Positions 24,589 to 31,911 of a stretch of DNA of 32,000 nt are shown one piece after another. The notes below the pieces were generated by a model. It did no database searches. It was not told where the DNA came from and was given only the letters and a program-made list of their open reading frames with translations. Positions within the stretch are counted from its first letter, which is position 1; the number at the start of each line of letters is the position of its first letter. Source of the DNA: Coprobacillaceae bacterium (GTDB lineage Bacteria > Bacillota_I > Bacilli_A > Erysipelotrichales > Coprobacillaceae). The stretch covers positions 1,170,001 to 1,202,000 of the forward strand of contig OY776328.1 of NCBI GenBank assembly GCA_963675515.1. The letters are read 5' to 3'. Position numbers and translations under genes: made by a program.

Positions 24589-24933
24589 ATGGATAGAATG
24601 ATTAAATACAAACGAAAAGTAATGATTGGATTGAGTACCTTAATTGGTACTCTTTTGTTTAATATGGCAAACGTATATGCAGTAGGATTTGATGAAGGGG
24701 CGGCCAAAAGTCTGATCAGACCGTGGATTGACGGTGTGACTAATGTGATACTCTGGGTTATCCCTGGAGCCTTGTTTTTCTATGTCGGGAAGATTGCTAT
24801 TAAGTACCTCGTATCAAGCGAAGATGAACGGCAAAGAAATAATATCTGGGATAAGATCAGTAAAGGGGTAATCGTTGCCATCGTTGCGGAATCGATTGTC
24901 GCAATTATCAAGATATTTGGTTTCACCTGGTAG
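24589..24933 (+). CDS. T4SS-associated small membrane protein with VirB2/TrbC-like topology
   Basis: 114 aa. A signal peptide ending ..NVYA is followed by two hydrophobic helices. The gene sits immediately upstream of the VirB6-like gene, with the SD GAAGGA. Confidence 0.6.
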   Translation: MDRMIKYKRKVMIGLSTLIGTLLFNMANVYAVGFDEGAAKSLIRPWIDGVTNVILWVIPGALFFYVGKIAIKYLVSSEDERQRNNIWDKISKGVIVAIVAESIVAIIKIFGFTW

Positions 24934-24955
24934 GGTGGCAATTTTGCTACCTTTA
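24931..24955. repeat. 24-bp palindrome, copy D (TAGGGTGGCAATTTTGCTACCTTTA; centre inverted, 1 arm mismatch)
   Basis: It overlaps the TAG stop of the 24589 ORF and ends 19 nt before the TTG start at 24975. Confidence 0.8.
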
Positions 24956-24974
24956 AAAGAAAGGAGGAATTATT

Positions 24975-26783
24975 TTGGCTAGTGATCTTATAAGATCGTT
25001 GATGTGGGCGGTCACCTCACTGTTCTTGAATATTATCGATTCACTCTGGGCAATCGCAAAAATGATTGTTGGGTTGGACTTTGCCAATCAGGATTGGATT
25101 TGGCAGTGGTTGAATATTTTGGATTTGTTCCTGATATTTTTCATTATTCTATTTTCTGCCAAAACTTATCTCAAGGCTTATGTTGATGAAGACTACATGA
25201 GCAAAATTGATATTACCAAAATTATAACCAAGTTGGTTCTGGTCGGATTTTTTGTGGCTGTGTTGCCTTTTACAATCAGAACGGTAAGTACTATGTCAAG
25301 TGCAACTGCAAGCAATATTGAGGTGTTTACCGGGGTTGAGGACGCCAAGTTATCAACCATCATAATCAATTCATCTTCAATGGACTTGTCCGATGTAGAT
25401 AAGGAATTTACCAGTATGGGCGACATCTTGAATGCCGAGTTATCAAGTGCTAATAAATCAATCTTGTCAGAATCAAATTGGCAAACAGCTAGAGATAACA
25501 TCATTAATGCGGTTAATGATTATAGTTTGGCCGGGCTATCCGAATATGAGCGAATATCCAAAGCTAATGAAATGTATAAGGCAACCTATGAGGAATATGT
25601 CCAATGGCAAGAGAGTCTCAATTATGACAACATAATTGCCAATAATTATTGGGTGACCGAAGATGTCAATGATATTGATATCAACAGCGGTGAAACGTCA
25701 GGGCAATGGTATGACTACCTGCTAAGTAAAGTAAGTTTAGGTTTGGCTGGTGATGTAGAAAAGGCCTATTATTTTTTCCCTAGTTGGAGCAGTCTTTTTT
25801 TGGTTTTGATTACAACAATGATATTCACTGTGGTATTTATCGGGGTGATCTTTCAATTGGCTCAAAGGGTGTTTTCAATGGTTTTGAAAATTTTTCTAAT
25901 GCCGTATGCGGTATCGACAATGGTTGACCCGGAAAGCCGGACGTTTTCAACCTGGATAAAATACATGATGGCCGACGTGATGTCCAACTGGTTTCAGCTT
26001 TATTCGATCATGTTCTTGTTTGCCTTTTTAGGTAATGATACCCTGGAAAATCTATTAGTCGGCAGTGGACCGGTGACGATACAGGTTGAGTTTGCCAAGC
26101 TGTTCTTATTGGCCGGAGGCCTAATGGCTATCTATACCGGTCCAAGTGGCATAGCGGCTATTTTAGGTGGTTCGGAAATATCAGCGGCAAGCTCATTGTC
26201 AAATACAACGCAAATGCTTAGAATGGCTACTTCAATGACGGGAATGGTAGCCGGTGGTTTAGGTCTTGGTTATCTGGGAGCGACCGCCGGGGCAAGTACC
26301 GCAGGCAAGTTAGTCAACACAGGAACACGAGGAGTCAGTGCCGGATTGAACGCTGTTACCGGTGGCCGTATGGGTAATTCGTTTTCCAATTCACAGGGCA
26401 TAGCCGGTAGGATCAAGAATACTTCAATTGGGGGAGCATTGCATAGTGGTTTTTATGGTGGTGGGTCACCCGGTGGTGATATGACAGCTGACACATTCAA
26501 TTCAAATCCGACTGACGGTCAGATGAATATGGCCAGCGGTTTAGGTATCAATCCTGATGGAATGAATCAAGGACAATTAGGAATTGAGATCGACAAAGCT
26601 ACAAGAAGTTCATATACGGCCGATACAGGCCAAAACAGTTCAACAGGAACAATGTCTACTAAACTTGATAAAGTGTCAGGAATCGCAAGAAAAACAGGAA
26701 GTATGCACAATGCAATCAAGAACGCATCACGCAATCGGGTGAACAGCAGTGCATTACCAATTTATTTGAAAAAGAAAGGATAG
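24975..26783 (+). CDS. Polytopic T4SS membrane protein (VirB6/TrbL-like) with a Gly/Ser/Asn-rich C-terminal tail
   Basis: 602 aa. A TTG start lies 7 nt after the SD AGGAGG. The protein has multiple TM helices, and its position before the PrgI/VirB3-like and VirB4-like genes is typical of Gram-positive conjugation operons. Confidence 0.75.
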   Translation: MASDLIRSLMWAVTSLFLNIIDSLWAIAKMIVGLDFANQDWIWQWLNILDLFLIFFIILFSAKTYLKAYVDEDYMSKIDITKIITKLVLVGFFVAVLPFTIRTVSTMSSATASNIEVFTGVEDAKLSTIIINSSSMDLSDVDKEFTSMGDILNAELSSANKSILSESNWQTARDNIINAVNDYSLAGLSEYERISKANEMYKATYEEYVQWQESLNYDNIIANNYWVTEDVNDIDINSGETSGQWYDYLLSKVSLGLAGDVEKAYYFFPSWSSLFLVLITTMIFTVVFIGVIFQLAQRVFSMVLKIFLMPYAVSTMVDPESRTFSTWIKYMMADVMSNWFQLYSIMFLFAFLGNDTLENLLVGSGPVTIQVEFAKLFLLAGGLMAIYTGPSGIAAILGGSEISAASSLSNTTQMLRMATSMTGMVAGGLGLGYLGATAGASTAGKLVNTGTRGVSAGLNAVTGGRMGNSFSNSQGIAGRIKNTSIGGALHSGFYGGGSPGGDMTADTFNSNPTDGQMNMASGLGINPDGMNQGQLGIEIDKATRSSYTADTGQNSSTGTMSTKLDKVSGIARKTGSMHNAIKNASRNRVNSSALPIYLKKKG

Positions 26784-26787
26784 GATA

Positions 26788-27120
26788 ATGGATAAGGAAA
26801 GTAAACTTGCAGTCTATATCATACCTAAGAACATCAAGAAAGGGAAAATGTATTTTGGCCGATATAAGCTAACGGATATTATCATAGTCGGGTCGTCATT
26901 GCTGACAATGTTTGTGGGTTCGATTTTGAGCCTGGCTATTCTAAAAGGTAAGCTGATGTTTGTTTTTATATTGATATTTTTACTTGTAGGGGGCGTGGGC
27001 ATGTTATTAACCACGCCCTTTCCCAATTACCATAACGTGAAAGGTTATCTGGTAGAACTGATTGAACATTTCAAATCGGAGCGAAAATATATCTATGGCG
27101 GTAAATACTATGAAGAATGA
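26788..27120 (+). CDS. PrgI family (VirB3-like) T4SS membrane protein
   Basis: 110 aa. The N-terminal ..PKNIKKGKMYFGRYKLTDIII.. is followed by two TM helices. The gene lies directly upstream of, and overlaps, the VirB4-like ORF. Confidence 0.7.
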   Translation: MDKESKLAVYIIPKNIKKGKMYFGRYKLTDIIIVGSSLLTMFVGSILSLAILKGKLMFVFILIFLLVGGVGMLLTTPFPNYHNVKGYLVELIEHFKSERKYIYGGKYYEE

Positions 27121-27769
27121 CAAGCAACAAAAAAAGCAGGACAAGCTGATTAAAAAACGGAAAGGCAAACTACGAAAGACTTTTGAATGGCTGGCCATCG
27201 AACGGATTGAACAAGATCAGGTGGTGCTAAAAGAAAAATCGAAATACTACTACGTCAAAGGTATCCGGGTTGAGCCTAGAAACATTTACATGATGAATGA
27301 TATTGAGCGTAATCAGCTGATCGAATCGCTGACCAGTGCCCTCAACCGAATCAACTTCAAGTTCTATTGGAAGTTCGTATATAACACGCCTTCACTGGAC
27401 ACCCAGAACGAAAAGCTGATCAAACTCAATGAACATTATCAGGCTGATAATCACAGGTTGGATTATTTGACCCAATTATTCCTGGATTTCCATGAGTGGT
27501 ATGTAGACAGCTTCTATGAGATATCGTTTTACCTGGTTGTGGTCGAAGACGAGAAATACTTGGAGAAAAGATTTGACGATCTCTACAAATACTTTAGAAA
27601 CAGCCAGCTGGTAGTCGAGCCAATGAACAAAAACGATTATGTCAACATGATCAAGTATGACTTCAACAACGACAACATAAACGAGTACTATTTTAGCCGC
27701 CTGCTCAATTATGAGAACTATCATTTTAACAATTTGAATCTGGGAATGTCTGATCATTCTATAATCTAA
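27110..27769 (+). pseudogene. VirB4-family T4SS ATPase, N-terminal ~219 codons only (truncated)
   Basis: The sequence ..TFEWLAIERIEQDQVVLKEKSKYYYVKGIRVEPRNIYMMNDIERNQLIESLTSALNRINFKFYWKFVYNTP.. follows the N-terminal layout of Gram-positive VirB4/PrgJ/TraE-type proteins. The ORF stops at 27769 with no Walker A/B region, and the DNA that follows is unrelated and AT-rich. Confidence 0.55.
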
Positions 27770-27853
27770 AATATTTTTCAAGACGTATAGTGCGGCTAAT
27801 TAAAATAATTACTATACTCATGCAAAGATATAACAAAAAAATTGTATCAAACA

Positions 27854-27904
27854 TTGCATTTTTATTAACTATACTGTAAAATAAGTAATAGATAGCGCTA
27901 TCTA
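27854..27904 (+). promoter_or_regulatory. Candidate promoter plus 16-bp perfect palindromic operator of the cargo operon
   Basis: TTGCAT (27854-27859), 17-nt spacer, TAAAAT (27877-27882). The palindrome TAGATAGCGCTATCTA lies at 27889-27904, just downstream of the -10 element and ~73 nt before the ATG at 27977. Confidence 0.45.
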
Positions 27905-27976
27905 GTGTATTAATACTTGCGTTGAGTTATTAATTTTAGGTTTTTGATTTTAAACTATAATAAGAGGAGAAAGATA

Positions 27977-28966
27977 ATGTGTTTTAGAAAGTTTATGGTA
28001 TCGATTTTGGTGCTTTTTATAATGATCTCTTTTTGGGAATTTCCTGTTGAAGCTAAGAGTAAATATGTCTATTCAACTAACACTTTTGAAATCAAAAACA
28101 AAGAGGCCAAGGCAATATATGATGGTCTGATGAAAAAAAATAATGATAATAAGAGTCGGGGAGATGATGGTAGAGAATTTGAAAGTCAAAATTTTGGTGA
28201 AGACGATCTTGTGAATTTTAAGAAACTAGTAAAAATTTCCGACGGTAATAGCAATTTTAATAGTCTATATCAGTATCAAGATGAAAATGTTCTAGACATT
28301 ATCGTATACGATGAATCCGATAATTCTTACGTTGGAATTGAAGAGGATAAAGTAAATAATACTGCAATACTATACATAGATGATGAAATGTATAGTATTT
28401 GTGCAAGTGACAATGATATTTCGCTAAAAAGTGTAGCCGGAGATACGATAAATATTTATGAGGAAGTTTTGGATAGCTCTTCAAATGAAGCGCCGATAGT
28501 TAGCACAGCTATATTGAGTCCAAATGAGGATAGCTATGATGTTTCTGTTCAAGCAATCGTTCCTGAAACCACTTCATCTATTTCTTGGGTTTTACTTGGA
28601 GGTCCATACCACTCCACTACTAAAATTCTTTTTGAAGTTTTACAAATAATTGGAACTGTTGCAGGGATGGTAACCCTTAGCGTTACTTCTCCTATATTGG
28701 GTGTTGTATTGATGACATATGGAGTTGCTGTCAGCGTAGGGGCATCTTTTTACCCAACTATACATTTAAAAATATATCAATACGGCGCATCAGATTGTCT
28801 CACATATATTAGGCAAAAAAAATACTATTACGGAGCCTACAGCGAAGTCAGCGGTACTTGGTATGAACCTATTAAAACCACTAGTGGAGCACTCAAATAT
28901 ACATATTCATATTTTCATAGTGTCAGGCCAGATTACACTGGCAATCCTGCGTGTTTAAAGTATTAG
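27977..28966 (+). CDS. Secreted protein of unknown function with a hydrophobic, Cys-containing C-terminal domain
   Basis: The ORF is trimmed to the ATG at 27977, with the SD AAGAGGAGA. The signal peptide is MCFRKFMVSILVLFIMISFWEFPVEA. The N-terminal part is acidic and low in complexity. The C-terminal ~130 aa contain Gly/Ala/Val-rich hydrophobic stretches and cysteines in ..ASDCLTY.. and ..NPACLKY. Confidence 0.8.
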   Translation: MCFRKFMVSILVLFIMISFWEFPVEAKSKYVYSTNTFEIKNKEAKAIYDGLMKKNNDNKSRGDDGREFESQNFGEDDLVNFKKLVKISDGNSNFNSLYQYQDENVLDIIVYDESDNSYVGIEEDKVNNTAILYIDDEMYSICASDNDISLKSVAGDTINIYEEVLDSSSNEAPIVSTAILSPNEDSYDVSVQAIVPETTSSISWVLLGGPYHSTTKILFEVLQIIGTVAGMVTLSVTSPILGVVLMTYGVAVSVGASFYPTIHLKIYQYGASDCLTYIRQKKYYYGAYSEVSGTWYEPIKTTSGALKYTYSYFHSVRPDYTGNPACLKY

Positions 28967-28967
28967 T

Positions 28968-29402
28968 GTGAAAAAAATTATTCTATTATTGTCTCTATTT
29001 GCATTATCGGTGAGTATGTTATTTGCTGTTTTGAAGCAAACTACTGACACTAAACTAATTACTGTTGAAATTTATGAAATTCCAGGATGTTATTATTGTA
29101 AAAATGCAATAGATGATTTTTCACTATTGCTCACTGATAAGTACGGAAAGTTTGTCGAAGTAGAAATAATTAATGTAGAAGATGGGGATGGATCAAAAAA
29201 ATATTCTAAGTTAATAAATTCTATTGATGAATTTGGCAAAGAATATGAGAATTATTTTCCATTGATTAATATCGAAAATTACTTTGTAGTTTGTGGGTAT
29301 GATTATTATTTTGGTGAAGAAATAATTAACGATATGCGAAGACTAGATGCCGGAATGCATTTGGGCGTCCAACTTGAAGATTATCGATATGTATGGAGGT
29401 GA
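28968..29402 (+). CDS. Membrane-anchored thioredoxin/glutaredoxin-fold protein with a CYYC active-site motif
   Basis: 144 aa. The GTG start lies 1 nt after the previous stop. An N-terminal TM anchor is followed by ITVEIYEIPGCYYCKNA, the beta1-CxxC-alpha1 arrangement of the Trx fold. Confidence 0.7.
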   Translation: MKKIILLLSLFALSVSMLFAVLKQTTDTKLITVEIYEIPGCYYCKNAIDDFSLLLTDKYGKFVEVEIINVEDGDGSKKYSKLINSIDEFGKEYENYFPLINIENYFVVCGYDYYFGEEIINDMRRLDAGMHLGVQLEDYRYVWR

Positions 29403-29406
29403 TAAA

Positions 29407-29655
29407 ATGACTAAACAGAAATGTCCATATTGCAATCAGGAAATGTTAGAGGGTTTCATTGAGAATACCGCTTGCCCACTTGCATGGACTCCAAAAGGTA
29501 AAAATCGGCCATTCTTAAAACTTCATAGAATTGGCGATTATGAAGATGGGATGGGTAATTATGTATTCCCATATGGTTGGCGTGTAAAAGCTTATAAATG
29601 TGATAGTTGTAACGTAATTATCATAGATAATCTGAATAAAAGTAGCAAACACTGA
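29407..29655 (+). CDS. Small zinc-ribbon protein (DUF6487-like; two CxxC pairs)
   Basis: The ORF is trimmed to the ATG at 29407, with the SD GGAGGTG. The protein begins MTKQKCPYCNQEMLEGFI and contains ...YKCDSCNVIII. Confidence 0.7.
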   Translation: MTKQKCPYCNQEMLEGFIENTACPLAWTPKGKNRPFLKLHRIGDYEDGMGNYVFPYGWRVKAYKCDSCNVIIIDNLNKSSKH

Positions 29656-29914
29656 ATTTATCCAGCAAAAATAAATAATCGCAATTATTACAATTGTAAT
29701 TATTGTAGTCAAAACGAAGTGGATCGAAAATGCAATTTATTATTTATGAAATTTTCTATCGCAATTTTTGAAGAAATAGCAAAGATAATTTTGAAAATTT
29801 ATCGTCAAAAGCAGGTAAGGAACTATCCTTGCCTTTTTATATGTATTTGCAATAAATCGGCTTTAGCCACAATGATTACAATAATAGAGATAATAGTAAA
29901 ATTATGGAGATTAT

Positions 29915-30274
29915 ATGGAGAAATGCTTATATTATATCTTGATGAACGATAAATATAAATCAATAAAAGAAAGCGGCAATTATGAATTTGATTATATCGT
30001 CAAGGTAAGATTTGGTGGAAGATAAGGAATCAATATCGATTATTATATTGATGGTTGTTTTGATGAATATGTTGATGATCCTCAACGTTTGCATTGTGTT
30101 ACATTCAAAACATTGGCCGACAATCTAAGTGCCATGAAGATTATGGGTGAACTGACCGGAACGCTCACTTATTATGCAGACGATTATTTGATCCTTGAGC
30201 TAGATCGATACACACCGACTTATCAAAGAGAAACGGAAGAACGCATAAAAGCAGAGAAAGGAAAAACATTATGA
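29915..30274 (+). pseudogene. Possible 119-codon ORF interrupted by one in-frame TAA (30023-30025); alternatively two small ORFs
   Basis: The ATG at 29915 (SD GGAG at 29906-29909) is in the same frame as the tracked ORF 30089-30274. Between them there is a single stop codon and no good restart signal. Confidence 0.3.
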
Positions 30275-30414
30275 AACGACAAAAATATATCCCGGTAGAT
30301 AATTGGGACGAGTTGGAACAAGCAGGACTTACAGTAGATGACTTGGACGATCTAGTGGAAATGACGGAAGAAGATTTTGAGTATGACGATGAAGAATCAA
30401 AAGTTGAGGACTAG
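30271..30414 (+). CDS. Hyper-acidic small protein (47 aa); not in the ORF track
   Basis: My translation is MKRQKYIPVDNWDELEQAGLTVDDLDDLVEMTEEDFEYDDEESKVED, with 19 D/E in 47 residues. The ATG overlaps the preceding TGA (ATGA), and the stop lies 3 nt before the ardC ATG. Confidence 0.55.
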   Translation: MKRQKYIPVDNWDELEQAGLTVDDLDDLVEMTEEDFEYDDEESKVED

Positions 30415-30417
30415 ACA

Positions 30418-31860
30418 ATGGCAAAGAAAAGTTATCCTAAAAAAACCAAAGCAGAAAAATATGACGAATGGCAACAGGGCATAGTTGATTACTTCCTGGA
30501 AGATTTACAAAGGGTCAAAGACGAGCTGGAACAAGGAGTAGAAAACCCACGTTTGGCCTGGGAAAAAGAATGGGTCAACCTAATCCAAAAATCTATGGCC
30601 AGTGGCAAAGACTATGCCGGTAAAAATCAGCTGATCTTGTCATTGCAGACTGCTAGAAAGAGATATACAGACAGTCGGTGGATAACCTACAATCAGATCA
30701 TCAAGCACAATCAGGAATGTAGCGAAAACGAAAAGTGGAACGTGCCTTTGGAATTTCTCAAAAAGGATAACGGCCACATGACCACCGTAACGTTTGTAGA
30801 TATCAAATATACCTATGACAAAGACAAGCGATACTATACTGAAAAGCAGATGAATGAGATGATAAAAAACAGCAACGGTTTGATATCGAAAAACGACTTT
30901 GACAAGAAAATCAATCTCGGCTATAACAACGTCTATAACGTAAGTCTGGTTGAAGGTATCGAACCAGAGATACCGCTGGTGGTAGACTTTGATGATTACG
31001 TCATTGACAAGATTGTCGATAACTACCTTAGAAACAGTGGGGTTGAAGTCATCAATGCCCAACAAAATAGGGCCTACTATGCCCCGGCAGAAGACAAGAT
31101 TTGTCTGCCACCTCAAGGTGCTTTTAATGACAAACAGGGATATTATTCAACCTTGCTGCATGAAGTCGGCCATTCGATCGGTCACAAGGACAGAATGAAC
31201 CGGGAAGGAGTTTCCGTTACCGGATTCACTGATAAGAAAACCTATGCAAAAGAGGAGCTAGTAGCGGAGTTTACCAGTGTCTTGTTGAATACTAAATTGA
31301 ATATCCATACTGATGACAGCAACGAGAGCAAATACAATAACAATCTAGCCTACATTGAAAACTGGATTGAAATATTGAAAGACGATCCAAGCGTGCTGAT
31401 GGATAGTTTCGATCAGGCGGTTAAGGGTTATGATTATTTTGTGGAAAAAAGCAATCTTGAACTTTACAAAGAATATTTCGTGACGGACAAGGAAGATACC
31501 ATGTCAATCGTTAAGAAAAACATACTTGAATATCTCAATGAGACATTTGAAGATACATATGACAATACCTGCTTCAACAACATGGAAGATGTCGGTTTGC
31601 TTGTGACTACAGTTTTTGATAGTGAAGACAACGAGTATCAGTTTGAGGCAGTTGTGGACTTGAAAAATTTCAAATTTACCAAGCTGATTGATGGTGAAAT
31701 CTTCTACCAAAAAACATATGACAATATCGAACAACTTAATGAGGCTGAATTGATGGGATTGAATGAATCAGACTTGATGTATTTTGACGAAGATAAAAAA
31801 GAGATCAAGCAATTTTTTGAAAAACTGAATGGTAACGACCGGGAATTTGCACAAATCTAA
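30418..31860 (+). CDS. ardC: ArdC-family antirestriction protein (N-terminal ssDNA-binding ArdC_N domain plus zincin-like metallopeptidase domain)
   Basis: 480 aa. The N-terminal domain shows ..DYAGKNQLILSLQ...SRWITYNQI.. and the HExxH motif is in STLLHEVGHSIGH. There is an extra C-terminal extension. Confidence 0.85.
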   Translation: MAKKSYPKKTKAEKYDEWQQGIVDYFLEDLQRVKDELEQGVENPRLAWEKEWVNLIQKSMASGKDYAGKNQLILSLQTARKRYTDSRWITYNQIIKHNQECSENEKWNVPLEFLKKDNGHMTTVTFVDIKYTYDKDKRYYTEKQMNEMIKNSNGLISKNDFDKKINLGYNNVYNVSLVEGIEPEIPLVVDFDDYVIDKIVDNYLRNSGVEVINAQQNRAYYAPAEDKICLPPQGAFNDKQGYYSTLLHEVGHSIGHKDRMNREGVSVTGFTDKKTYAKEELVAEFTSVLLNTKLNIHTDDSNESKYNNNLAYIENWIEILKDDPSVLMDSFDQAVKGYDYFVEKSNLELYKEYFVTDKEDTMSIVKKNILEYLNETFEDTYDNTCFNNMEDVGLLVTTVFDSEDNEYQFEAVVDLKNFKFTKLIDGEIFYQKTYDNIEQLNEAELMGLNESDLMYFDEDKKEIKQFFEKLNGNDREFAQI

Positions 31861-31868
31861 CAATGAGC

Positions 31869-31892
31869 AAAGGTGGCAATTTTGCCACCTTT
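31869..31892. repeat. 24-bp palindrome, copy E (AAAGGTGGCAATTTTGCCACCTTT; centre inverted)
   Basis: Perfect arms. It starts 8 nt after the ardC stop and ends 19 nt before the next ATG at 31912. Confidence 0.85.
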
Positions 31893-31911
31893 ATCAATCA
31901 AGGAGGAAAAT

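Noticed and set aside
29682-29705. An AT-only 24-bp near-palindrome (CAATTATTACAA/TTGTAATTATTG) downstream of the zinc-ribbon gene.
   Set aside because: It is pure A/T sequence with a mismatch and no loop, in very AT-rich DNA. It could be a weak terminator or a chance occurrence, and nothing supports a specific role.
29719-29952. A 77-aa ORF with a non-ATG start in the AT-rich gap after the cargo operon, and the 60-aa ORF at 24052-24234.
   Set aside because: Neither has an SD or recognisable motifs. Their composition is typical of random ORFs in AT-rich spacers, and 24052-24234 begins inside the tail of the IS3 remnant.
11295-31892. Whether the recurring palindromes could be a CRISPR array or simple rho-independent terminators.
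   Set aside because: Apart from one tandem pair, the copies are kilobases apart and are interleaved with genes, so they are not separated by short uniform spacers. They occur in both orientations and none has a U-tract beyond TTT. They are reported as a distinct repeat family instead.
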